Shown here in pieces: positions 10,011 through 18,900 of a stretch of 64,000 nucleotides of DNA. Source of the stretch: Acidimicrobiia bacterium (GTDB taxonomy: Bacteria > Actinomycetota > Acidimicrobiia > Spongiisociales > ZC4RG35); assembly GCA_965204615.1 (NCBI GenBank), contig OZ242000.1, positions 214,956 to 278,955 on the forward strand, given 5' to 3'. Below the pieces are notes generated by a model, which ran no database searches, was not told where the DNA came from, and saw only the letters and a list, made by a program, of their open reading frames with translations. Position numbers and translations under genes: made by a program. Within the stretch, counting starts at the first letter, position 1; the number at the start of each line of letters is the position of its first letter.

Positions 10011-10456
10011 GGGACCCGGCGGCGGAGCGGGGCTCGGCGCCCATCGAGTTGGTGTTGGCCATCGGTTTGATCCTGATACCCATGGCCCTGCTGTCGCTCT
10101 CTTTCGGCGCCCAGCTCCAGCGGATGGTGTTTGTGAGGATCGCGGCGGTGGAGGCGGGCCGGGAACTGGTGCTCTCGGACGGCTCGGAGACAGACGTCGT
10201 GGCTCTGATCGCCTCGATAGCCCGGAATCACGGCGTGCAGGTCGGTGATGTGGCGGTTGGTTTCTGTGGCGGCGGGATGCGACCGGTCACCCAGCAGCCC
10301 GGATCGGGCTGCGGTCAGCCGGCCAAGGGCAGCGAGTTCACGGTCACAGTCACCGTGAGGATCCCGGCGTTCATCACTCCCTACGGTGAGGTGGGGAGCC
10401 TGACGGCCAGGGCTTCCCACACGGAGATAGTCGGCCTGTACCGGTCCACGCTGTGA
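10007..10456 (+). CDS. TadE-like minor pilin
   Basis: ERG|SAPIELVLA prepilin motif; AAVEAGRE. Confidence 0.8.
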   Translation: MRDPAAERGSAPIELVLAIGLILIPMALLSLSFGAQLQRMVFVRIAAVEAGRELVLSDGSETDVVALIASIARNHGVQVGDVAVGFCGGGMRPVTQQPGSGCGQPAKGSEFTVTVTVRIPAFITPYGEVGSLTARASHTEIVGLYRSTL

Positions 10457-10884
10457 CGGGCCGACCGGGAGAGAGGGGTTCTGTCACCCTGTGGCTGCTG
10501 GGCCTCGGAGTTTGCCTTCTGCTGGTGGGAGGGATAGGGCTCGACATGTGGTCGGTGGTGGTGATGCGCTCCCGCCTGGTGGGAGTCGCCGAGGCGATAG
10601 CCACGGGAGCGGCTTCGGGCATCTCCGAGGTGCGGTGGCGGGAGACGGGGCAGATCCGCCTCGATCCGGTCCGGGCCAGGCAGTTGGGCACAGACCTGGC
10701 TGCCCGCCTGCCCGCGGCCGACCTCTTGGAGGGACCGGTGCAGATCGTGGTCGACTCCGAGCTCCGATCGGTGACGGTGCAGGTGTCCGGTTCGGTGTCC
10801 CTGACCCTGCTGACTCTTGGAGTCGATGCAGGTCGCATAGGGATAACGGCTTCGGCCACCTCGCGTCCCCATCTGGTGGAGTGA
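10453..10884 (+). CDS. TadG-like pseudopilin
   Basis: ERG|SVTLWLLG; GIGLD...RSRLVGVAEAIATGAA Tad N-terminal pattern. Confidence 0.78.
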   Translation: MTGRPGERGSVTLWLLGLGVCLLLVGGIGLDMWSVVVMRSRLVGVAEAIATGAASGISEVRWRETGQIRLDPVRARQLGTDLAARLPAADLLEGPVQIVVDSELRSVTVQVSGSVSLTLLTLGVDAGRIGITASATSRPHLVE

Positions 10885-10898
10885 GCAGGTGACCACCC

Positions 10899-11672
10899 CT
10901 AGAGGATGTAGAGGCCCACCACCGCCAGGGCGGTGGTGTAGGCGGCGAAGGGCCCCAGGCCGATCCGGCGTATCACCGACAGCAGGCCGACTATCGAGAG
11001 GTAACCGACCACCGCCGCCACTCCCAGGCTCACGAGGTCCGGTCCCATGGACTCGAACGTCAGGTCCATGCGGGTCGTCGAGCGCACCCCGGCGGCGGCT
11101 ATGGCCGGCACGGCCAGCAGAAAGGAGTAGCGGGTCGCCTCCTCGGGGGAGAGGCCTCGCGCCATACCGGCGGTGATCGTCACCGCCGAGCGGGAGACGC
11201 CCGGCATGAAAGCCAGTACCTGGGCCACCCCCACCCACAGTCCGTCACGTAACCCTGCCTCCTCCAGTTGCCCGGTCCGTCTCCCGAGCCTCTGTCCCAC
11301 CACCAGGACTGCGGTGGTGAACACCAGCGCCACCGAGACCGCGGCCGTGTTGTCCTGGGCGCTTTCCACCAGATCCTCGACCACGAGACCCGCCACCGCA
11401 GGCGCGGTCCCGACGATCAGCAGACCCCACAGGTGACGCGCCTTCGGGGAGGTCCTGAACCCGAACAGCGCACCCACGTCCCTGCGGTAGAAGAAGACAA
11501 CCGCCGCCAGGGTCCCAAGATGCAGGAAGGCGCTCTGAGCCAGGGTGGGAGCGGCGACGGAGAGTCCCATCTCCGACAACAGAGCCGGAATGAGCACCAG
11601 GTGCCCACTGGAGGAAACGGGGAGGAACTCTGTGAGTCCCTGGATGATTCCCCAGGCGACCGCGTTGACCAT
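10899..11672 (-). CDS. uppP: Undecaprenyl-diphosphate phosphatase
   Basis: GIIQGLTEFLPVSSSGHL and PGVSRS motifs. Confidence 0.95.
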   Translation of the reverse strand: MVNAVAWGIIQGLTEFLPVSSSGHLVLIPALLSEMGLSVAAPTLAQSAFLHLGTLAAVVFFYRRDVGALFGFRTSPKARHLWGLLIVGTAPAVAGLVVEDLVESAQDNTAAVSVALVFTTAVLVVGQRLGRRTGQLEEAGLRDGLWVGVAQVLAFMPGVSRSAVTITAGMARGLSPEEATRYSFLLAVPAIAAAGVRSTTRMDLTFESMGPDLVSLGVAAVVGYLSIVGLLSVIRRIGLGPFAAYTTALAVVGLYIL

Positions 11673-11683
11673 GGAATGACACG

Positions 11684-12247
11684 CTAGCGACCCGGGGCAA
11701 CCGCCACCGTCAGGGTCCCATAGGCCGAGGCGACCGAGACCTGGGCCAGGTGTTCGCCCGGTACCGCGATCAGCGCGCCTTCTCCGAGATCGCCGCCCTC
11801 GGCCACCGGGAGGATCACCACACCGGGGATCGGGTCCGGGGCAGGGGACACCCCGTCTCCCCCCGCCACCAATAGCACACGGGCTCCCGGGACCAGGCCC
11901 GGCGGGGCCTCCAAATCAACCGCCCACCACCCGTCCGGGACCGCGATCTCCAGGTCGGCGAGCACCCCCGACGTGAGGGGGTCTCCCCGGGACAGCCCCA
12001 CGGCCAACCTGCCGTGGACGGCCACCGCAGGCAGGAGTCCTGCCGGGATCTCGCGATAGTCGAACATGTCCTCGGACAGTTCGGCGCCGGGCGGAATGTC
12101 GACCGAGGCAAAGGGATGCAGCGTCACCGGGGCGGGCATCACCTGTATGAACCAGGACACCGCCACAATCGCTGCCGCCCCCGCCCATTTGAGGTAGGGG
12201 CGCGGAGCAAACCACATCATCCCACAGGGTGGGACCGCCACGCCCAC
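11684..12247 (-). CDS. SAF-domain membrane protein
   Basis: TM followed by ASVDIPPGAELSED; lies downstream of the FmdB-type zinc ribbon gene, as in other actinobacteria. Confidence 0.65.
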   Translation of the reverse strand: MGVAVPPCGMMWFAPRPYLKWAGAAAIVAVSWFIQVMPAPVTLHPFASVDIPPGAELSEDMFDYREIPAGLLPAVAVHGRLAVGLSRGDPLTSGVLADLEIAVPDGWWAVDLEAPPGLVPGARVLLVAGGDGVSPAPDPIPGVVILPVAEGGDLGEGALIAVPGEHLAQVSVASAYGTLTVAVAPGR

Positions 12248-12319
12248 CGGAGACCGGTAGGAAGCCCCAGTATTTGTCGCGGGTCACCAATTAGTTTCCC
12301 ACTCTCCTCCGGGAGGAGG

Positions 12320-12634
12320 CTACTCGGAGGAGGAGGTCCGGCTCTTTGAGGCGCCGGCCGAGGATTTGTCGGTCGTCGATCCGGAGTCGGAGGAGGAACC
12401 CCCGCTCTTCTGTTCCGCGGACGACCTTCCGTTGGTCCCGGGGGAGGCGGGGTTGGGCTTCCGGGAGTCGGTGACGTAGAACCCGGACCCCTTGAAGACG
12501 ACTCCCCGGGCGTGGAAGACCTTTCGCAGCGACCCGCCGCAGGATTCGCACCGGGTAAGGGCAGCATCCTTGAAGGATTGCCACACCTCCAGGCTGTCCC
12601 CGCACTGGCGACAAAGGTATTCATAGGTGGGCAT
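12320..12634 (-). CDS. FmdB-family zinc-ribbon protein
   Basis: MPTYEYLCRQC...CESCGG...VVFKGSGFYVTDSR and a Ser-rich tail. Confidence 0.92.
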   Translation of the reverse strand: MPTYEYLCRQCGDSLEVWQSFKDAALTRCESCGGSLRKVFHARGVVFKGSGFYVTDSRKPNPASPGTNGRSSAEQKSGGSSSDSGSTTDKSSAGASKSRTSSSE

Positions 12635-12718
12635 GAAGAGATGATCCGGTTCGATTACGCGATGGGGAATCGCCAACCAGGATACCTCCATGGACCCCGG
12701 GGGCATAAACTATGCGAC

Positions 12719-13321
12719 ATGGAGATTCCCGTCTGGTCGGCCGTCGCCGTCGCCTACCTCATAGGTTCGATCGACTTCGCCATCTTCGTGGCGCGCCTTC
12801 ACGGCGTGGACATCCGCTCGGAGGGGAGCGGCAACCCCGGGACGGCCAACGTGTTCCGGGTGGTGGGAGTCGTTCCGGGGATCCTGGTGCTGGTCGGCGA
12901 CCTCCTGAAAGGGGTGGTGGCCGCCTACCTCGGGTGGTTGGCTGCCGGGTCCGTCGATCCGGTCGGTTCCTGGGCGGTGATGCTGGCCGGCACGGCCGCC
13001 GTGATAGGACACTGCTATCCGATCTTTCACAAGTTTCAGGGAGGGAAGGGCATGGCGACCCTGTTCGGAGCGATGCTCTTCATCCTGCCCCTCGTCACGG
13101 TTGTGATGGCCGTGGTGTGGGGGTTGGTGGCCAGGGTGGCGAAGTTCCCCGCGGCCGGATCCTGCTCGGTGGCCGTGGCCTACCTGCCGATCGGGTACTG
13201 GCGAGGCATGGAGCTTCCGGCGCTGTCCTGGCTGCTGCTGGCCGTGTTGTTGATTCTCTATCGTCACAGGTCCAATCTTGACACCTGGAGGGCGAGAAGG
13301 TCCGGTTCGGGAACACCGTGA
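12719..13321 (+). CDS. plsY: Glycerol-3-phosphate acyltransferase PlsY
   Basis: AYLIGSI, DIRSEGSGNPGTANVFR, DLLKG, GHCYPIF..FQGGKGMAT, RHRSN. Confidence 0.95.
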   Translation: MEIPVWSAVAVAYLIGSIDFAIFVARLHGVDIRSEGSGNPGTANVFRVVGVVPGILVLVGDLLKGVVAAYLGWLAAGSVDPVGSWAVMLAGTAAVIGHCYPIFHKFQGGKGMATLFGAMLFILPLVTVVMAVVWGLVARVAKFPAAGSCSVAVAYLPIGYWRGMELPALSWLLLAVLLILYRHRSNLDTWRARRSGSGTP

Positions 13322-14571
13322 CCACCGAGGAAATGAAGCCGCTGTCCGCCGCAAGGCGGGAGGTTCTGGCCGCGATGAGACTCCTGCCCGCGGTTGCGGT
13401 CCCCCTCGAACAGGCTCAGGGCCTGGCCCTGGCGTCGGATGTGATCGCCCCCCATGCGGTCCCTTCATTTGCCAACTCCGCCATGGACGGCTACGCGGTG
13501 CGGGTGGCGGATGTGGCGGACCCGCCGGTGGAATTGGAGATCTCGGAGGACGTGCCCGCCGGGAGCGTGGCCACCGGTTCGGTTCAGCCCGGGGCCGTCA
13601 TCAAGATCATGACCGGCGCACCGATTCCGGAGGGCGCGGAGGCGGTAGTGAAGGTGGAGGACACCGAACCGCTGGCCGGAGGGAGGGTGAGAATCCTGGC
13701 GTCAGTGGCGAGGGGAACCGCGGTGAGACCTGCGGGAGGCGATCTGGCAGAGGGGCAGTTGGTCATGCCGGCCGGAGTGCGACTGGGCCCGGTTCACCTG
13801 GGAGTTCTGGCCACCATCGGGGTCTCGGCGCCGCAGGTGCGGAGAAGAGCGAGGGTGGCGGTGCTCTCCACCGGTGACGAGTTGTTCCCCCCCGACTCCC
13901 CGAGCCTGCCCCCGGGCGGAATCTATGACTCCAACCGCCCTCTCCTGAAGGGACTTCTCTCCGATGTGGGCGTGGAGATCGTGGACATGGGGATCATCCC
14001 CGACCAGGAGGATCTCCTGCGCTCCGCCCTGAGGGAGGCCTCCGCCAGGGCGGATGTCACGGTCACCTCCGGCGGGGTCTCCATGGGTGAATACGACCTC
14101 GTGAAACAGGTCCTGTCGAGCCTGGGCGACATCAACTTGTGGAAAGTGGCGATGCAGCCGGCCAAACCGTTCGCATTCGGACTCATTCACGGCACTCCGC
14201 TGTTCGGCCTGCCCGGCAACCCGGTCTCTGCGCTGGTGGCATTCGAGCAGTTCGTTCGTCCCTCCCTTTTGAAGATGATGGGCGCGGAGGCCCTGTTCCG
14301 TCCGAGGGTCCCGGCCATGGCCGGACACACTCTCCGGACGAACCCGGAGAAGACCGTTTTCGTCCGGGTGGTTGTGGGTCTCGAGGACGGCCGGATGGTG
14401 GCCCGTTCCTCGGGCGGACAGGGATCGAATATTCTGTCCGCCGCGGCGGCGGCCAATGGCATGGCCGTGGTCCCCAGAGGCGTCGCCACAGTCGGAGAAG
14501 GGGAGCCGGTTGCCGTCGAGATGTTGCGGTCTCCGGAGTCTCGGACGGAGATGGATGCGCCCGATGAATGA
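13318..14571 (+). CDS. moeA: Molybdopterin molybdotransferase MoeA/Glp
   Basis: NSAMDGYAV, IMTGAPIP, STGDEL, SGGVSMGEYD, GLPGNPVS. Confidence 0.96.
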   Translation: MTTEEMKPLSAARREVLAAMRLLPAVAVPLEQAQGLALASDVIAPHAVPSFANSAMDGYAVRVADVADPPVELEISEDVPAGSVATGSVQPGAVIKIMTGAPIPEGAEAVVKVEDTEPLAGGRVRILASVARGTAVRPAGGDLAEGQLVMPAGVRLGPVHLGVLATIGVSAPQVRRRARVAVLSTGDELFPPDSPSLPPGGIYDSNRPLLKGLLSDVGVEIVDMGIIPDQEDLLRSALREASARADVTVTSGGVSMGEYDLVKQVLSSLGDINLWKVAMQPAKPFAFGLIHGTPLFGLPGNPVSALVAFEQFVRPSLLKMMGAEALFRPRVPAMAGHTLRTNPEKTVFVRVVVGLEDGRMVARSSGGQGSNILSAAAAANGMAVVPRGVATVGEGEPVAVEMLRSPESRTEMDAPDE

Positions 14572-15040
14572 TGAACCGGTCTATTCGCACCTGGACGCGC
14601 AGGGGGAGGTGCGGATGGTGGAAGTGGGGGGAAAGCCCGAGACGATGCGGCGGGCGGTGGCGGAGGCACACGTGCTGTTGAGTCCGGCGGTACGAGAATC
14701 CCTGTTGGAGGGAACTCTTCCCAAGGGAGACGCATTGGCGGCGGTGAGGTTGGCGGGGATCATGGCTGCCAAGCGCACTTCCGAACTCATCCCGCTCTGC
14801 CACCCGTTGCCTCTCTCCGGGGTCGAAGTGAAGGTGGCGCCCTCCCCGGAGGGGGTCTCGATCAGCTCCGCGGTGCGGACCACCGCCCGGACCGGAGTGG
14901 AGATGGAGGCGATGGTTGCGGTCTCGGTGGCGTCTCTGGCCCTCTATGACATGGTCAAGGGGCTGGACAGGGGAGCGGTCATCGGCCCGATCCGGCTACT
15001 GGAGAAGACCGGAGGCAAGTCGGGTGAGTGGAGACGGTAG
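14564..15040 (+). CDS. moaC: Cyclic pyranopterin monophosphate synthase
   Basis: HLDAQGEVRMVEVG, AAKRTSELIPLCHP, TGVEMEA, YDMVK, KTGGKSG. Confidence 0.96.
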   Translation: MNDEPVYSHLDAQGEVRMVEVGGKPETMRRAVAEAHVLLSPAVRESLLEGTLPKGDALAAVRLAGIMAAKRTSELIPLCHPLPLSGVEVKVAPSPEGVSISSAVRTTARTGVEMEAMVAVSVASLALYDMVKGLDRGAVIGPIRLLEKTGGKSGEWRR

Positions 15041-15134
15041 GGGGCACGAGAAGGAGGCTTCCGTAGGATGCCGCCGGCGGCGGGACAGTCCCCGATTTGT
15101 GGGTGACGCGACAGGGAGGTAACCCCTCCGCGCC

Positions 15135-15629
15135 GTGAGGGTTGGTATACTGATCTCGGTCATGGCCGCTTTGATGATCGCTCTCTTTATCATCCTGGTG
15201 GCTTGGGGATGGTATCTGGTCCCCAAGAAGACCGGCGCTCACAAGTCCTCGCGGTTGAGTTTCGGCCGCCAGCAGTCGAAGAGTGGCTCGGCCCAGCCGG
15301 CGACGGTCATTCCGGTGGCGCGTGTCGCCGGGAGCGTCGGTCAACAGGAGCGCCCTCCCGGCGCTCCGGGACCGCCCTCGCCGGCATCGGCCCGGCGTAG
15401 TCGGATCAGGGGGGTCCTTGTGGCTATGGCGGTAATTTCGGCGGCTGCCGCTCTCTACACCGGCTCTCTCAATTGGTGGCTGACTCACATCGGAGTGGAC
15501 GCCCTGCTGCTCGTCTATTACGGATTGTCCCTTCAGGTGCAGAGCAGGGCCGCTTCGGCGTCCCGCTCCGCGGGCCTGGGGAGCAGGGGGCGGTCCGACC
15601 CGGTTCTCAGGCGGGTGGTAGGCGGCTGA
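15135..15629 (+). CDS. Membrane protein, positional GlpR/SepX-like candidate
   Basis: N-terminal TM ending WGWYLVP; basic ARRSRIR followed by two TMs; lies between moaC and tRNA-Ala. Confidence 0.55.
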   Translation: MRVGILISVMAALMIALFIILVAWGWYLVPKKTGAHKSSRLSFGRQQSKSGSAQPATVIPVARVAGSVGQQERPPGAPGPPSPASARRSRIRGVLVAMAVISAAAALYTGSLNWWLTHIGVDALLLVYYGLSLQVQSRAASASRSAGLGSRGRSDPVLRRVVGG

Positions 15630-15677
15630 ACCCTCACGGGAGGGTGAAGGACGACTGGTAAACTGCTCTTGCGGCGC

Positions 15678-15751
15678 GGGGGTGTAGCTCAGCTCGGCAG
15701 AGCGCTTCGTTCGCAACGAAGAGGCCACGGGTTCAAATCCCGTCACCTCCA
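15678..15751 (+). tRNA. tRNA-Ala(CGC)
   Basis: Acceptor GGGGGTG/CACCTCC; anticodon arm CTTCG-TTCGCAA-CGAAG; GGTTCAAATCC. Confidence 0.95.
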
Positions 15752-15801
15752 CTCAAATATCCACTGTTACCCCAGGAGAGAACCCAACCCGGTAACCGGT
15801 A

Positions 15802-15839
15802 TGAATCCCCCCAGCCTCCAAGAAAGCCGGGGGGATTCA
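15802..15839. repeat. Inverted repeat (terminator-like hairpin or collapsed IS3-type ends)
   Basis: TGAATCCCCCCAGCCT...AAGCCGGGGGGATTCA, 14/16 complementary; TGAATC start resembles the IS3-type end at 44899-44927. Confidence 0.5.
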
Positions 15840-15841
15840 AG

Positions 15842-15890
15842 GTGAGTTCTTTCAGTGATCAGGTCTGAGAACTTTCCCTGATCGCCTACA
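15842..15890 (-). mobile_element. Isolated IS21-like terminal end
   Basis: Reverse complement TGTAGGCGATCAGGGAAAGTTCTCAGACCTGATCACTGAAAGAACTCAC: TG terminus with tandem internal repeats; highly similar to 19507-19555. Confidence 0.65.
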
Positions 15891-15992
15891 GTTTCTTCGG
15901 GACCTGAGCCCCTCTGGTGGTTAGTCTGCGGTATGATTGAGCAGGTCGGCGCGGTTGTCGTATATCGGTATGCAGGTGTTTAGGGTTTCAGC

Positions 15993-18900
15993 GTGAAGTT
16001 TGATTGGGCCTGTTGGTTGGGGGTTGTGTTGGGGTTGATGCTCTTAGGTGGGATGGCGGGTGCGGTTGATGATGACGGTTTTGCCTTGCAGGCTGCTGGG
16101 GGTGTTCCGTTGGGTTCTGATTCGTTTGTGGATGTGCCGGTAGGGCATTGGGCTGATGAGGCAGTCGGGTGGGCGGTTTCTAATGGGGTGATGGAGGGTG
16201 TGGGTGGGGGTCGGTTTGATTTGGAGGGGGTGGTGCCGCGTTGGCAGGTGGTGTCGGCTTTGTATGGGGCGTTTGGTTTGGCCGGTGGTAAGGGAGCCGC
16301 CGGGGGTGTTCCGTTGGGTTCTGATTCGTTTGTGGATGTGCCGGTAGGGCATGTGGCTGATGTGGAGGTTGGGTGGGCGGTTTCTGTTGGGATCACTCAG
16401 GGTGTAGGTGGGGGCAGGTTTGATTTGGATGGTTCAGTGACGCGGGCGCAGATTGTTACGTTTTTGTCTCGGTTGAGTGGTTTGTTGGGTGGTCCGGTTG
16501 GCGGTTCAGGGTTGGGTTCTGATTCGTTGGTGGATGTGCCGGTGGGGCATTGGGCTGATGAGGCGGTCGGTTGGGCGGTTGTGAATGGAGTTTCTCGGGG
16601 TGTGGGTGGGGGCAGGTTTGATATGGATCGGGTGGTGTCGCGGGCGCAGATTGCGACGCTTTTGTTTAGGGTGGTCCGGTTGGTGGAGGAGAGCAAAGTT
16701 GATGTGCGGGTGGAGGCCGGAGATTTCACTGCGGTCTCCGCGGGAACATCGCATTCGTGTGGTTTGCGGGCCGATGGCACCATCGTCTGCTGGGGCCGCA
16801 ACGATGTGGGTCAGGCTGACCCACCCGAGGGAGTTTTCACTGCGATCTCCGCCGGCAATTATCATTCGTGTGGGTTGCGGGCCGATGGCACCATCGTCTG
16901 CTGGGGCCGCAACAACTTGGGCCAGGCTGACCCACCCGACGGAAAGTTCACTGCGGTCTCCGCGGGAAACTCTCATTCGTGTGGGTTGCGGGCCGATGGC
17001 ACCGTTGTCTGTTGGGGCAACAACGGCTCGGGTCAGGCTGACCCACCCGACGGAAAGTTCACTGCGGTGTCCGCCGGGTCATTCCGTTCGTGTGGGTTGC
17101 GGGCCAATGGCACCATCGCCTGCTGGGGCGAAAACCGCGTGGCCGGGACGGATTGTGGGTGGGCGTGTCCCAGGCGGGTTGACCCACCCGACGGGATCTT
17201 CACGGCGGTCAACCTAGGATACCATTCGTGTGGGTTGCGGGCCGATGGCACCGCCGTCTGCTGGGGCCTCAACAACTGGGGCCAGGCTGACCCACCCGAC
17301 GGCGAGTTCACGGCGGTCTCCGCCGCCGAAGGAACGCATTCGTGTGGTTTGCGGACCGGTGGCACCATTGTCTGCTGGGGCAGCAACAAATGGGGCCAGG
17401 CTGACCCACCCGACGGCGAGTTCACTGCGGTCACCACAGGAGGAGGGCATTCGTGTGGTTTGCGGGCCGATGGCACCATTGTCTGCTGGGGCCACAACAA
17501 CCGGGGCCAGACTGACGTACCCAAAAAGTTCACGGCGGTCACCACCGGACATCGGCATTCGTGTGGTTTGCGGGCCGATGGCATCATCGTCTGCTGGGGC
17601 AGCAACATATACGTGGGCCGGGTTGAGCAACCCGGCGAGTTCACGGGGGTCTCCGCCGGAAGCGAGCATTCGTGTGGTTTGCGGGCCGATGGCACCATCG
17701 TCTGCTGGGGAAACAACTCAGATCGGAACGGAGACTATGCGGGTCAGGCTGACCCGCCCGACGGGGATTTCACGGGGGTCTCTGCCGGAGGAGGGCATTC
17801 GTGTGGTTTGCGGGTCGATGGCACCATCGTCTGCTGGGGCCTCAACGCCGACGGTCAGGCTGACCCGCCCGACGGGGATTTCACGGCGGTCACCACCGGA
17901 GAGTTGCATTCGTGTGGTTTGCGGGTCGATGGCGCCATTGTCTGCTGGGGCTGGAACAGATACGGTCAGGTTGACCCGCCCGACGGGGATTTCACGGCGG
18001 TCTCCGCCGGAGGAACGTACTCGTGTGGTTTGCGGGTCGATGGCACCATCGTCTGCTGGGGCGACAACGGCAACGGTCAGGTTGACCCGCCCGACGGGGA
18101 TTTCACGGCGGTCTCCGCCGGATCGTGGCATTCGTGTGGTTTGCGGGTCGATGGCACCATCGTCTGCTGGGGCTTCAACGGCAACGGCGAGGTTGACCCG
18201 CCCGACGGGGATTTCACGGCGGTCTCCGCCGGACAATCGCATTCGTGTGGTTGGCGGGCCGATGGCACCATCGCCTGCTGGGGCAGCAACAAATGGGGCC
18301 AGGCTGACCCACCCGACGGGGATTTCACGGCGGTCACCACCGGAGAGTTGCATTCGTGTGGTTTGCGGGTCGATGGCACCGTCGTCTGCTGGGGCGGAAA
18401 CTGGGTGGGTCAGGCTGACCCGCCCGACGGGGATTTCACGGCGGTCTCTGCCGGAGAGTGGCATTCGTGTGGTTTGCGGGCCGATGGCGCCATTGTCTGC
18501 TGGGGTCTCAACTCAGATTGGAACGGTGAGTATGCGGGTCAGGCTGACCCGCCCGATGGGAATTTCACGGCGGTTTCCGCCGGATATTGGCATTCGTGTG
18601 GTTGGCGGGCCGATGGCACCGTCGTCTGCTGGGGCGAAAACTACGCGGGCCGGGCTGACCCACCCGACGGGGATTTCACGGCGGTCACCACAGGAAGTGG
18701 ACATTCGTGTGGTTGGCGGGCCGATGGCACCGTCGTCTGCTGGGGCCGCAACAATGTGGGTCAGGCTGACCCGCCCGACGGGGATTTCACGGCGGTTTCC
18801 GCCGGATATTGGCATTCGTGTGGGTTGCGGGCCGATGGCGCCATTGTCTGCTGGGGATACAACTCAGATTGGAACGGTGAGTATGCGGGTCAGGCTGACC

